64,000 bases of DNA from assembly GCF_009914755.1 (NCBI RefSeq), contig NC_060934.1; one strand, written 5' to 3'. Numbering within the stretch: the stretch's first letter is position 1; every line of letters starts with the position of its first letter. This stretch comes from the human T2T-CHM13v2.0 reference genome, Homo sapiens. The notes below the pieces were generated by a model that was not told where the DNA came from, ran no database searches, and saw only the letters and a program-made list of their open reading frames with translations. Below are positions 15,801 to 36,866 of this stretch, one piece after another. The position numbers and the translations under genes are program-made.

Positions 15801-16664
15801 GCACCCATTCTTGGGTAATGACCCAACCACACAGGGAGGCACTGACCTAAGTTGGGGAGGCCGCCCTGAACCCACTGTCGATTGTAGCTTCATACTCTCC
15901 TCCCCTTCTCTGCCCTCCACTGAGCTTGTCATGGACTGGCTCCTCCCTGAGCCACCTGTTGCCAGGATGGCCCCAAAGCTGAGACTGCTTTCCTCCATCG
16001 GGAGCTCCTCCTCAGCCCGAGACCCCACTTCCCTTCCTCTTCAGGGTCAGCACTCAGGGATCAGATGCCCATCCCCTCTCTAACCTGGGAGCCTGCCTCC
16101 ATGCACACCTCTTCCTGTCATCAGTGTGATGAAGCTGCTGCAGGGGCTGGGTCCAGAGCGCTGTGCATGAGGACTTCAAAAGTCCAACGGAGCAGCAGAA
16201 GGAGACACAGACACACTGTGCAGTGAGGGTGTGTGGGAAAGAGAGGTGCGGAGAGAGGAAAGTTTGGTTATAACAGCATAGGGCAGGAAGCCAGGAGACC
16301 CTGTGTTTCTTGGTGTGAATTACCCCCAGGTTCCAACGTGGATGTGTCTGGAACAGCACCAAAGGTTCCTCCAGTGTTTCCGCAGGGAAGTCCTTTCAAT
16401 ATCACCTAATGCAGATGGACACATCTTGAAAATTTAAATATGGGGTCTACTGGGGAAGCAGGGAGTGTAAACCATGACCCCAGGTGCACACATTTGAAAG
16501 TCCACACTTACTTCAGAGGGTTACAGCTTCACTCAGTTTCACATTTGTTCACTAATTAGCCTGAATCCTTTAGAATATCTTTATTATATCTCCATCCACA
16601 CAGTGGGGACCCTGTCAACGATGATTAACTCCTGCTCACAGATAATGCACAGTCATTTCCTGAA

Positions 16665-16760
16665 GCTTCTTTCTTCCTTCTCCTTCCCTTTCCTAGCTCT
16701 CTCTTTTTCTCTTTCTCTCTCCCTCCCTCCCTAACTCTTTTTCTTTCTTGCCCTCTTTCT
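16665..16760. repeat. CT-rich low-complexity tract
   Basis: Direct read of the sequence. Confidence 0.75.
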
Positions 16761-16816
16761 TAAGTGTGCTTAACCATAGCATGGTTAAGGTAAATATAAG
16801 AATATTTTAGCTTGTT

Positions 16817-21879
<5,063 letters not shown>

Positions 21880-24107
21880 AAGAATATTTTAGCTTGTTGA
21901 ATAATAGGAGAATGTGGCTTTACACACCCCAAACATTGCCTGGCATGCAGGTAAACACTGGATGCTAGTGTCCTTTATTTTTTCACCAACAAAGTTAGTG
22001 TTATGCTTCCAGTAAAAAAAGACTCATAGTCAAAGAGACCAGAATAAAATGAGTTTAGTTGTGTTGCTTTGAGATATAATATGGCGTTGGATTTTCTTTT
22101 CCTGGTGAAGCCTTTTGGACAATTAGATTGAAGATAGAATTGAATGCTCAGTTATGAGTTAATAATCAGAAAAGTGAAGAAGTGTTTGAACAGCTTTGAT
22201 TGGAGTACTAGACCTTGAGAGTGTAGCAAAAATATTTATTTTCTCCTCCATTTCTCATGTATTTCCATCTACCCATTTCCTTACTTGGGATAAATGAAGG
22301 CATTTGGTGAGGATTTAACTCACGGCCAGGGCTGCCAGTCCTCTCCTTAGTTAATTCAGCCTTGAGGGTTTTCATCCGCACCCTGTGAATTATTCCAGGC
22401 TAAACTATTTAAATGAGCCAGGCTAAACTATTTAAATGTTCGGGTGGAACAAATGTCCAGTCATTGATTTTCTTTTCCTCTCCATTTTGAGGAGGGATGT
22501 TTAGTAGAAATGTGTCAGCATTCACACTACGCAAGGGTCAGCACCGGTTTAGTGAAATCTGTCCTGCATTTTATAGTTTAAACCTAACAGTTTAAACCAA
22601 AGATTTAAAATCAATTGCCCATCAGCGCTCCTTATTGTACTCAGCCGTCGGCCTCCGTGAATCTTAATGTGCCTGAACAGACCCACAGAGACACAGCATC
22701 AGCTTCACATTTCTCGGTATCCACTTAGTAATCATTAAGATCAATTCCTTGAAATACAGATGATAATTCACCATCTTTCATCGCAGCATGAGGTTTCTGT
22801 TTAGGGATTTTTGTCCAGTTCATTTGTTTCAGCTTATCTTCCTCATGCCCGACTGGATGCAAATAAAAAGACCTTGCTTTTAATTTTAAGATCAAAGTGA
22901 CTGCCAGTCATTCAGGGGAGACAACGGAAGGAAAGGTTTTGAAAAATTGGGGGAATAAACTCCTTATACTCCGCTTCTCTTAGGTCCTTGTGAAGATGAA
23001 CTTACACAGATGCTCTTTGTATGATGGAAAGAGAAGTTTTAACTGTATTTAAACTGTCATGGTTTCTAAAGTGCAAATGGGAAAATCATGTTTGATAACC
23101 AGCTTTATCTGGTACAACACAATAACACAATTCTTTATTCAAGCCGAAAGCGTGGCACAGACAGTACGGACACATTTCTTTACCTTATGTGCTCATTTTA
23201 GGTTCAAAGCCAAGCATATGCAGCAAAACATAGTCTACATTTCAAAACTTGGAAAACTTATGCTCCATCGTGGAATTAATTGGCACTTTTGTATTTTTCC
23301 TAATAAGAGAGGCCGGACCACTTCCCTCAGAAGGGTTTCCTAGTTGTCCTGGGCTGTTTTTACAAAGTTGAACTCTACCAGGCTGTTTTCAAGAAATGTG
23401 CATTTTTCCAGGGCAGTTGTAAGTCAGTCCAAGAAAATTGTGGAGCGATAAAGCTGGACCTTAGTTTAAATGGGAAAGAATATTTATAAAAGCCATATTT
23501 TCAGAATATGTTTTGTAGGCTAGACTAGCAAAAATTTAAACATGACCCCCTAATGTACTCTAGAAAACTCCTTTTTTCTAGTTATTAATAAACTCGAAAA
23601 ATAATTTCCCATAAAGAGGTAATGCATGGTCACCACCGGGCCTTGATGCCTGCTTCCAAAAGGAACCTGGAACTGGGAAGGATAAAGGACCATCAGCTCT
23701 ACATTTCAGCTCTGCCCCGCCCTCAGGGCATCAGGAAAGCCACTTGGCCTCTTCATCTTCGTGTCTGCATTTCCTGAAGTGTTAATAAGAATTCCTGCCT
23801 TCCCCACTTATCGGGGTTATGTCAATCAAACTGATTAGTGTATGTAAAAATGCTGTCAAAATTATAAATCTGCATATTAAATGCAAGGCATCACCATCAA
23901 CAGCCCCTTTAAGAATCATTCGCTCATGAAACACAAGAGTTTCTAAATAAAGCGGTGCCCTGACAGTTTGGCTAGTAAGTATTGTAGGGGTTCAAGAGGA
24001 TGGGGGAGAACATTTGCTTCTCTTTTTCCAGTGAAACGAGAGGATTCGGGAGGGAACAACGCTGAACTACTGTGTGATGGAGAGAAGGGGTGAGTGGGAC
24101 CCATGCC

Positions 24108-24738
24108 CTCCCAGAAGACGCCCTGAGCGGGGGCCCAGGCTCTCCCGGAAGACGGCCTGAGTCAGGTCCACGCTCTCCCGGAAGACGGCCTGAGAGGGGG
24201 GCCCAGGCTCTCCCGGAAGACGGCCTGAGCCAGGTCCACGCTCTCCCGGAAGACGGCCTGAGAGGGGGGCCCAGGCTCTCCCGGAAGACGGCCTGAGCCA
24301 GGTCCACGCTCCCCCGGAAGACGGCCTGAGAGGGGGGCCCAGGCTCTCCCGGAAGACGGCCTGAGCCAGGTCCACGCTCCCCCGGAAGACGGCCTGAGAG
24401 GGGGGCCCAGGGTCCCCCGGAAGACGGCCTGAGCCAGGTCCACGCTCCCCCGGAAGACGGCCTGAGAGGGGGGCCCAGGGTCCCCCGGAAGACGGCCTGA
24501 GCCAGGTCCACGCTCCCCCGGAAGACGGCCTGAGAGGGGGGCCCAGACTCTCCCGGAAGACGGCCTGAGTCAGGTCCACGCTCCCCCGGAAGACGGCCTG
24601 AGAGGGGGGCCCAGGGTCCCCCGGAAGACGGCCTGAGCCAGGTCCACGCTCCCCCGGAAGACGGCCTGAGAGGGGGCCCAGGCTCTCCCGGAAGACGGCC
24701 TGAGCCAGGTCCACGCTCTCCCGGAAGACACGGTCCAC
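24108..24738. repeat. GC/CpG-rich VNTR with a higher-order 68-bp unit (33+35), ~9 copies
   Basis: Core cccggaagacggcctgag alternates with ccaggtccacgct and aggggggcccaggct; gaagacgg occurs at 24148, 24181, 24216, 24249, 24284 and onward. Confidence 0.96.
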
Positions 24739-27700
24739 GCCCTCTGAGAAGATGGCGTGTGGGTCGGCGCCGAGAAGGAGTGGTGAGAATGAGAACAAAG
24801 CTTCCCAGTGGAAGAGAGAGCAGCTGTCTTCGAGGTCAGGCCTGGGAGGGCCCAGCCTCGTGCCTGTAGGTCCGGTGCAACAGCGCATGTGCTCCTGGCA
24901 TAGGGCTCACTGGATTATTTTAAGTAAATGGCTGTGGTAGTTGGCCAAGCATCCTGCTCTCTGGGGAGAATGCCTGAGGGTGGAAGCATTTGTTCAGCAT
25001 GAAAGATGGAGTCCCACCCTACAGGGAGGAAAGGACCGCCTGAGAAGGGTCCAGGGCCGGCTGGGACCCCACCTCATTGGCGCTGTGGTGGGGGGTGGGG
25101 GGGGGGCCGTGCCCACAAATCCTAAGGAGACCTGAGCTGATGGAAATGGGCCCTGGGCCGCCTTCCCATCTGGGCGGGAGCCTGTGGGAGAAGGACCAGC
25201 CGGCCACCACCGCAGAAGACACCAGGCCAACGCCTACAATACCAGTCTAACGTCTCGTTCACAAGTGTGTGTATTCAGACGAGAGCCATCAGCAGGACAC
25301 GGGAGAAAGACCACGCGAAACAGAAAGCCACTGCCCCTGGCCTGGAGGACACGGGCCAGGGCGTCTCCTCAGAGGAGTTGAGCAGAAGTTACAGCTACAG
25401 AACAAGAGGCTCCCTTGAAAAAGGAAGAATGGAGGATAAGGGAAAGATTTAAATAATGAAAATAGGTTGCAAAAATTAGGAGGGAAAGGCAGTTTATGAG
25501 CTGTAGGATAAATTTAAGAAATCTCCAAAAACATCGAGTAAAAGAATGAAGAGACAAATTTTAAAAGTAAAAGCAGAAAATTAATAGAGTGTTGCAAATT
25601 TAACAAAAATGCGTGTAAATGAAGGAATTCATAAAACAAATGACATAAAACTATACAAATAGCTTAAATATGTCAAGAGAAGTGAATGGCTCACACCTAA
25701 ACATATTCTTAAATCCAAGTTAAAAAAAAAAAAAAAACCTTTCCCCCTCCCGGGTAGGTGTGGGTGCTGGTCACTGCAGAGAAAATGTGAGGCAGGTCAG
25801 AAATATTGGATAAAAGATAATGGAAACATTACTTCAAAATACTGAGGGAAAATAATTGAAAGCTTAGAATTCCCCCCTGGGAATCTATTGAGACGGATGA
25901 CAAGCAAATCAAGGAATTTTGAGATGTGGGAATATTCACAAAGTTGATCTCCCATCGTTTTAGATGATGCTTCTTGAGGAAGCTCTCTATGAGGGGAGAC
26001 AAAGCAAGGAGGAAGACAATGATTCCGGAGATGGTGTCCCACTGGAAGAGCAGGACGCCGGGTCTGCAGAGCACGTGCCTCGATGGGCCTGGCCTGGGAG
26101 TTCTCTGGGAGAGAGGCAGGTACCCTCTGTGAGATGCTTCCATAGAAGCCTCGTGACTTAGCACGTATGGTAAAGGCACAATCTTCCTCTTTCTTTTTTT
26201 TCAATAAGAGAAAAAAGAAGACATTCCAGAAAAAAACACGCACAATATTTCAAAAGCGATATAAGCAAGTCTAGCAACACAAGTGAATCAAACTTAAACA
26301 CAACACAACTTGGAGCTGGGGGTGGAGGCGGAGCCTCTGCGTGTCCTGACGCCAGGCAGCCAGGCTCCCTTCCCAGCGGAACTGTGCTGGGAGGGTTGAA
26401 GGTGGTTCTGCTTGGCTCTGTAGTGGGAATATCTGCAACACTCTCATCAGATAGATGCTGTTCAGCTGTTACAATCACTCAAAAGACAAAGTAGAGAAGA
26501 CTTAATTATGGGCATAAGAAAGGATATAAATACCAGTGATGATGGTGTAAAGATGTAACACGTATAATTGAGAGAGGCTGGCTAGTGGGGAAGGGGCTGA
26601 GGGCTGCCACCCTCAACGCACAGAACAGGGAGTGAAACCACACCCAAATTTGATGCAATAAGAAATAAAGGTTTATCTATAATTGCACATTACAAACATA
26701 ATAATGGAAAATGAAAAAAGTATCAAATGTTAATAGCATGAGTCAATAGATGTTATCTAGAACTGAAAATCTAGAAATATAGAAGTATGTAGTACTTAGA
26801 ATCACAAGAAAAAAATTTGAAATGGTTAGAGGTGGCTTCTGAGAGTGAAGGGGAGTGAGGGGTGGAGTGGGAGAATACGGCTTTTCATTCAGAAGTTCTT
26901 TAGAATCTTTACCATATGACTGCATTAATTTGATAAAAATAAAAACTTCTGTTCATAAGTATATATTTCTGTGATTATATTTCTCATAATGGCTAAGAAA
27001 TGGTCTCTGATTCATAAACAGAACTTTCAGGAGCTAATAAATGTGAATGAGTTGGCATCCCATCCACAGGAGGGGCAAATCAAATTGTGTTTTATTTCAA
27101 AATAAGTTTAATTTTAAAACATTGTGACATATACAGCAACTAGAACAAGACATATTACTCTGAGAATTTCTTAGGTATTTGCTTGAATAACTGAACTAGA
27201 ATTAAGATCAAATGGCACATCAACTTTAAGTAAATGAGTATCTAAAAATGTTTGTATTAGTAATTTTGCACATTTCTAATTTTTTAAAATCAGTGTTTGT
27301 CTCTTTACAATAGGAAAGTAAATTTAAGCAAGTTATTCTTCAGCATTCAGAAGTCACTAATTAGTGAAGCTCTACCTTATGAAGTCTCATTTTCATGTAG
27401 TAAATTTAATTCATATAGATAAATTGCCTACACATAAAGCATTGTATTCACTGGCAACTTAGAAGTATCATTTCCCCACAAGCCTCTAAAACATTACTAT
27501 TTTCCACATGAAGTTTGACAGTAGCTTCCAAAACTTGCCAGATTTGTTTCCCAGAAAGATGGAAAGATATTGAGTTCCAGCGCTGAGAAATGCTACAAAC
27601 TTACTTTCCAGGTCATACTGACTTATGCCTCTGGGGCTGGAAGTGCATTGCACAATAAGGAAGCCAGGGTGGCTGGTGCCCCTCCCCTCCCCTTTCTACT

Positions 27701-27879
27701 CCCTCCCCCTACCCTTCCTCCTTTCCTTTTCATACCAAGACACTAATTTAACCTGAGTTATTCAGAAATCTGTAGCAGAAATCTGTGTAACACTCCACAT
27801 TTTAAAATTTACCAAAGTTTTGTTTATATGGACCAGCAACCCTGTGTGTATGTAATTCTTTTATAGTTCTTTTATATTG

Positions 27880-28240
27880 GATTTAAATTGTTCTGTATGA
27901 ACCATTCCCCACTAGAATATAAGAGCCACAAGGGTAGGCATTTGGTCTCTTGTTCTGCTGATTCCCCAGAACTTTGTATGCCAGGCACTGACTAAATAAT
28001 TTGTAAATAGTGCCATTACCAATAATTAACTAACACTTACATGGTACTTGCCATGGGCTAGGTAACTTTCTAAGAGCTGGAAATACATGAACACATTTAG
28101 CCTTCAAAATAACCTGATCAGGTAGGTGTTGCTGTTATCCCCATTTTAAAGGTGAGAGAACAGAGTCCCAGCGAGGCTCAGTGGCTGGTCATGGGTCGCA
28201 GAGCTCTGTGCAGGTGGGGCTGGATTCTGTGCTAGGATGA
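27880..28240. mobile_element. L2 3'-end and MIR remnants
   Basis: actagaatataagagccacaagggtagg (L2-like); ttatccccattttaaaggtgagagaacagag (MIR core). Confidence 0.6.
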
Positions 28241-29539
28241 TGCTCTTGGCCTGCCAAACTCACTGCTCCCTCAGTGAGACTGCTGTACCCTGAGTGGGGG
28301 CTGTGTCTCTTCCTCACAGCCCCGTGGGCCTACAGAGCAGTGCCCAGTGTATGGCGGTGCCCAATTGATGGCTGCATGCTGGAGGATGAAGGAATGGTCA
28401 CCTCCAGCAGGGATGAGCTTGGTGGAGGTGAACTCTTAGCCCTCAATTTAGAACATTCCTAATTCCACAAAGAGGCAGGTGTCATCTGTGTCTGAAAGGG
28501 GGCCAGTTGCTGGTGGCCAGGGTGGGGCTGGTATATTTATATACTGGATGATGTGTTTATAAAGCAACTTTACCTTTCAAAGAATCTCATATTCTAGATC
28601 TTACCCAGCTACATTGTAAGAAAGCAGCTTCATTTTCATTTTACCAGGAGGCCCACATTGGGAAGATCACACAGCCAAGACATGGTGCTGGGTTCCAGTG
28701 TTCCCACACCCAGCAAGATTGGAGAGGACCCTGCTGGCCCAGCGTGGCTGAGAACCATGCCAGTCATTTGGTCCTTTATTTTGTAACATAAATATGTTTG
28801 TATGTCAGCTCGATGGTCTTTTTCCGCCTTAGATTTTGCCGGCACATGCAGAGCAAGTGTGTGTGTGAAACTTAATCCAAAGGTCAGTTACTATTTCACA
28901 GTAATGACTCCCAAGTGTGTGAGAGTGTAGTGAGTGTGACGAGGAGGTCATTACACACTCGTGAAAAACTCTGGAAATGGAAATGGTTGAATTCAAATAA
29001 CCAGCTGGCTTGTTATTAATGGGTTGGTGGCTCGTTGTTTCCACAGGGCCGATTGATCAAATTTAGCCCTCATTCATCTTCCCCCATCCTGGCTGACTGG
29101 AGAGGACGCCTTCTTGGCTCTCAGCATGCCCCTCGCGGCTGGGTCACCCTTGTTTCTCAGAGTGGAATTCCCTCCCTGAGTTTGAGATGGGGAATCTTGG
29201 CAGAAAGGAGAGCGTTCGGGGTGGGTTACACCCCAACGAGAGGAACTTAGGACTCTCAGGAGACGTAGGTCCTCCGGAAGGGGCTGGCCAGGCCCCCCAG
29301 AGACGGGGGATGCCCAAGCAGAGCTGGGCCCCGGCAGCCTAATCACAGCACCATGGTCAGGATGGCTTTTCCTGCTAATATGCTCTGGCCACTGATCTCT
29401 GTATATGCTATAATATTTTGTCTTTCTTTGTCACAGCCTGTTGTGGAAGAGAGAGCCTTTTGGCCTCCAAGATCAGGTAGATGCTAATGCTCCTTTCTTT
29501 AGAGATGAAAATGCCCACAGGAAAAGAGGAGGTGGCTAC

Positions 29540-29654
29540 CTTTGGTCATGACGATTCCTGCCAGCGCTTTATGGCGGGCGTGCATGGGCGTGAGGTCCGT
29601 CGTCACCTCGCGGAACTTCTGTGTGACCAGCTGGGATATGGAGTCTGCGAATTC
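29540..29654 (-). CDS. ADARB2: ADARB2 (ADAR3) coding exon, start of deaminase domain (probably exon 4)
   Basis: Translates [38 protein letters not shown](G). Acceptor tgtctttcAG at 29656-29655, donor AAG|GTAGCC at 29539-29534. 115 nt, ending in phase 1; its last G plus GC of the next exon gives Gly. Confidence 0.97.
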
Positions 29655-30134
29655 CTGAAAGACACAAGCACAGGCCTCCACGTTGGGCTGAGCAGGTGCC
29701 GTGGAGGATGATGGGGCACTGTCCTCCCCGTCCTCACAGCCTCATCCCCATGTGGCCACACATGGGCCTGCTCTCCTCCCCTCCTCACAGCCTTGTCACC
29801 ACGTGACCACACACGGCCTCTCCCTGGCTGTGCCCCCAAAACTCAGAATCATATTGAGTGGCTTATGAGTGGTTAACCCCAGCATTGCTCTCAGCAGAAA
29901 CCCTGAGCTCTGCCAACCTCCCCATGGAAACAGTGTCTACTTCCTCTCCCTGCCTCTCAGAGCAGTGACTGGAGGAGTCTTTCGGCGGGGAGGGAATTTT
30001 TATAGGGATGATGGGCCACCGCAGTCTTCTGAGTATTCCAGAGCCAGTGTCTACACAGCCAGCAGTCTCAGGGTGCTCTTCTGGCAAAATGGCTGGCGCT
30101 GTGGCTCTCTCCACAACTTCTTCTCACCTTCCTG

Positions 30135-30265
30135 CACATGCACACAGATGCACACATTCACATGCAACACACAACACACCTAGGGCACACGTGCACACAC
30201 GAATATGCACACACATGCACACACACAGACACACACATACACATACACGTGTGCCCCTGCACACC
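30135..30265. repeat. Degenerate (CA)-rich tract
   Basis: Direct read; UG-rich on the ADARB2 sense strand. Confidence 0.8.
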
Positions 30266-30469
30266 CCTTAACATAATCTGATTAGTGATAAGGTGACTCC
30301 TGGTCTCTGGGAAGACAGCACACACAGTGTGGCTCTGTGGCCGCCCTTTCCCCGGCTCCTCTGGGCCCAAGGCTGCAGCACTGCCCTTTCCTTGACATGG
30401 GGCCCCAAGCTTTTCTTCGGGGGCAGTTTGGCTGGCATAGCCGTTGCAGGCCTTGGAGTAGGGAAGCCT

Positions 30470-30660
30470 GGTTGGACCCTCAGTTCTGCCACTCAGGAGC
30501 CTGGGTGAGTCGTTAACTCCTCGGAGCCCATTTTCCTAATTTACAAGTGAATCATCTTCATTTCCACCTTATGGTGTTTTCGTAAGGATTAAATGCAATA
30601 CGGTGTCTTAAGTGCTCAGCACAGTGCCCCACACTTGGTAGGAAGTGCTCAGAGATGACG
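30470..30660 (+). mobile_element. MIR remnant
   Basis: ttaactcctcggagcccattttcctaatttacaagtg...aaggattaaatgcaata...gtgctcagcacagtgcc. Confidence 0.6.
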
Positions 30661-31379
30661 GCTGTGACTATTACTCTTATTATTTTCATCATTATCATCA
30701 TCTCCCCCAGTCACCACAGGCATTGCCTGAGCCTCTGAGCAGCCAAATCAATTCATCATCTCATCCAGGAGGCAGGAAACAGTCCCTTTTCCTGGTGGAC
30801 TGGGCTTCCCCATTACCACCAGGCATGTGTTGATGTTGATACTGTGCAGCATTGGGCCTGGTTTCCACATTTCCACCGGGCGTGTGTGGACGCTGATGCT
30901 GCGCAGGCATTGCTGCTGATAAGGACAGCTCTCTGATCAATAACGCTAAGAAAGATAGACAGTTTTTAAAAATCCCACTTGTAGGCAATAAAACATGTTT
31001 GTGTGAAAACAGCCCTGCCTGCCAGAAGCAAAAAACATGCCACAAAACAACCTAGCACCTCTCCCTCTTAATTCTTCTGCAGTCAAGGGCAGAAGTGCAG
31101 GGCCCGGCGCAGTCTCCTCTGCTCACCCCGGGGTTTGAGGGCCTCAAGCCGCTGTAGCCTGTAAATGATGTCAGCTACTTTTCCCACTGTGTCGTGAATC
31201 AATATGGAAGCCCCACATAGGACAGATTGCAGATGAAAGGCACCCCGACCTTTCAGGGACTGCTGTGAGCCTGGAGTCTTCCTGGGTGCTCCCAGTCCAG
31301 GCTGCTCCCAGCTGTCCTGTCTTTCGTGTCTGGAATCAGGTCCAGAGAGGGAAACCTGTGTCCTGGACACCCCGTGTGC

Positions 31380-31790
31380 TGTGTCCTGGGGCTGCTGGAA
31401 AAATACCCTTAACTGGGGGTCTTTAAACAACAGGGATTCATCCCCCCGAAGCTCTGGAGGCAGAGATCTGAGACTGAGGTGTCCAGGGGCGGTGCTGCCT
31501 CCTGAGGCTCTGGGGAGCCTTCCTGCCTCTCCTGGCTCCAGGCCTCCGGGCGTCCCTGGGTGGTGGCCGCATCACTGCAGTCTCCGCCTCTATCCCCACG
31601 TGGCCTTCTCCTCTGTGTCTGTGTCTGCTCTTCTGCCTCTTGTAGGGACAATTGTCATTGAATTTAGGGCCCACTTGGGCAATCCAGGATGAGGCCATCT
31701 CAAAGTCCTTAACTTGAGGATATCTGCAGAGAACGTTTTCTCAGTCACCGTCATGGGGTTGGACGTGTCTTTCTGGGGCTGTTCAACCTG
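31380..31790 (-). mobile_element. MaLR MLT1-type LTR
   Basis: tctggaggcagagatctgagactgaggtgtccagg...gaatttagggcccacttgggcaatccaggatgaggccatctcaaagtccttaac. Confidence 0.7.
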
Positions 31791-31846
31791 CTGCACCCTC
31801 GTTTACTCTTTCAATGCATGCTGTCAAGGGAGAGCGTGATTCTTAA

Positions 31847-32010
31847 TTTTTTTATTTTTCTTTGAGACAGGGTTTCTCTCTGCTGCCCACGCTGGAGTGC
31901 AGTGGCACTATCACGGCTCACTGCAACCTTGAATTTTTGGGCTCAAATGATCCTCTCACCTCAGCCTCCCAAAGCGCTAGGATTACAGGCTCCAGCCACT
32001 GGGCCAGGCC
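31847..32010 (-). mobile_element. Alu monomer (FRAM/AluJ-like)
   Basis: tttgagacagggtttctctctgctgcccacgctggagtgcagtggc...cctcccaaagcgctaggattacagg. Confidence 0.85.
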
Positions 32011-34088
32011 CCTGTGATAACCTGGTCTTCCTTGGTGCCCAAATCACACACAGTTGCCATGAACGACGTCCACAAGGTGGGTGGCAGGCGGGAGCCTTCG
32101 TGATGGTCCTTGGTTCTCCCCTAGAAGGCTGGCTGCCCACATCTAAAGGTCAGGCCTGGCTGTGAGGTTGTCCGGCCCCGCCTGTGCCCCCCACGACCTT
32201 GCACGCTGAGAGCTCTGAGCTGGGGTGGAGAAGAAGATGCAGGGGGACAGAGGCCCACAGAGTCCTGGAGCCCCAACAGGCCTCAGCTATCACCTCAGGC
32301 CTCGAGAAGTCAGCTTCTCAGCACCATGACAGACGGTGAAGGTGACATAAGCAGCCCCACCACAGGCTCCTGCAGGGCGTGTGCTGCAAGCCCCATCCTG
32401 CCAGGACCTCCCGCATCTCCCAGGGAAAGCATCCGGGCACAGGGTTGATGGGGCAGCCCTGGCTCTGGGACCGGGTGACGGGTGGGACCTCTGCCAGGCC
32501 CGGGGCTCGTGGGTTGCCAGCAGGTCTGGGAGGTGGGGAGGCTTGTGCTGGGCCTTGACTTGCAGTGCTCATCCTCACCGGCCCTGCAGAGGGGACAGGG
32601 CACTGAAGGGCTTCCCACTGGGAAGAGGGTCTAGAAAGCCTTGTCCAAAGCTGATGTCTGAGATAAACCTTGAAGGATGAGTAGGAGAGCTTCCCTTTCT
32701 CAGGTGACAGAATGCAGACTGCTCTCCCGCCGGTCCGCCCCACGGCACATGGGCAGGCGAGGGCAGCACCGATCAGCATTGCTGCACAGGCGTCCTGGAC
32801 TCCAGCCACGGGGACACTTCCCCAGCTCAGGCAGTGGCCATGGCAGCCTGGGGGCCACATCTGTCCCACGGGGTTCACTGTCGTTGCCAGCTCTGGTATC
32901 CGATTCTGGGTGATTCATGGGTGTTAATGTTGATTCAAGGACAAAACTACATCTTTTGCTTCTAAAACAGCTTTTCTGGTGCCAGGCATCTGATTCCAGC
33001 ACACGCTGTGCTCCAGAGTTATTCCCAATGACGTGTGTAGCTCTTTGTTTTTTTTTTAGGATGAAGTTTCAAATGTCTAAGAAGTGATAGCTTGTCCAGC
33101 ACAGGAGGCCTCTCTGTGTCACTTTGTGTCTGCTTGAGAGGCTCCAGCACAGGACATCAGGATGGTCTCAGACCACTGAGTCATAACAGTGCATGCAAAC
33201 ACAGATTTCACTGTGGAAACCTAGGGAGTGCTCTGTCCCCTTAGAGATGGGAAGACACACAAACAGTGACAACAGGGACTCATTCTGAGCAGGCGCGGTA
33301 CCTGCCCAGGAAGGTGCCAATATTATCCTTTTTAGCTATTGAAGCAACGTAACCAGTCATACAGCAGGGGGTGGCAGAGACGGGACGTACCCCAGCTGCC
33401 TTGACCTTGACCCTTGCACTGAACTGGTGACCAGATTGCTCTGAGGAAAAGCAGGATCTGAACTCAAGGATGGCTGCAGGCTTCACTGCCTCTGGGTGCA
33501 GGCTGGAGCAGCTGCGGCCGGGACACGGGTGAAGGCGGCTGGCACCCCAAGAAGGCAGTGGCCCTTGGAGGGGGGCCCGTGGTGGAGCCTGGCCACCCAC
33601 TCTCCGCACCCTGCAGGCCTGTACCCCTGCCCTAGGCTCCCACTATGAACCAAGCAGCGTGAGCCCTGGCCGCTCCCTTGTGGGGTCATTTGAGGAACAG
33701 CTGGGGTGGAATGAATCACATTTGGTTTGGGCCTCAGCATTTCCACAGATGAAGGCCTCCTTGACTCACTGGGGAGGGCTTGCATGGCCAGCAGATGCCA
33801 GGTGGAGAGTGATGCTCAGCTTTCTTCTAGAGTGACAAGGGCCCCTGGCTGGTAGAGATGGCCTTGAACTGACAGAGCAGAATGGAGATATTGCTGGCCG
33901 GACAGTTCCACCCACCCCAGCTGGAGGAGGTGGGAGGTGCAGCTGACAGCCAGGAGGCCATGGCACCCAGGTGTGCACATTCAGTCCTGCAGGGCGGCTC
34001 CAGGCAGCAGCCATGGCGCCCTCAAGGGCAGGGCACTTCCTCTCCCCAGGTCCACACATTCCCGACTCCACAGCCAGTCTTTCTTTCT

Positions 34089-36866
<2,778 letters not shown>

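Noticed and set aside
24108-24738. CRISPR-like repeat/spacer appearance (also 39128-39382)
   Set aside because: The spacers are just two alternating sequences, not unique; the context is eukaryotic with no cas genes.
23972-24888. 273-aa and 179-aa ORFs with repeating peptides
   Set aside because: They arise from a stop-poor GC-rich VNTR whose 68-bp unit is not a multiple of 3; no evidence of coding.
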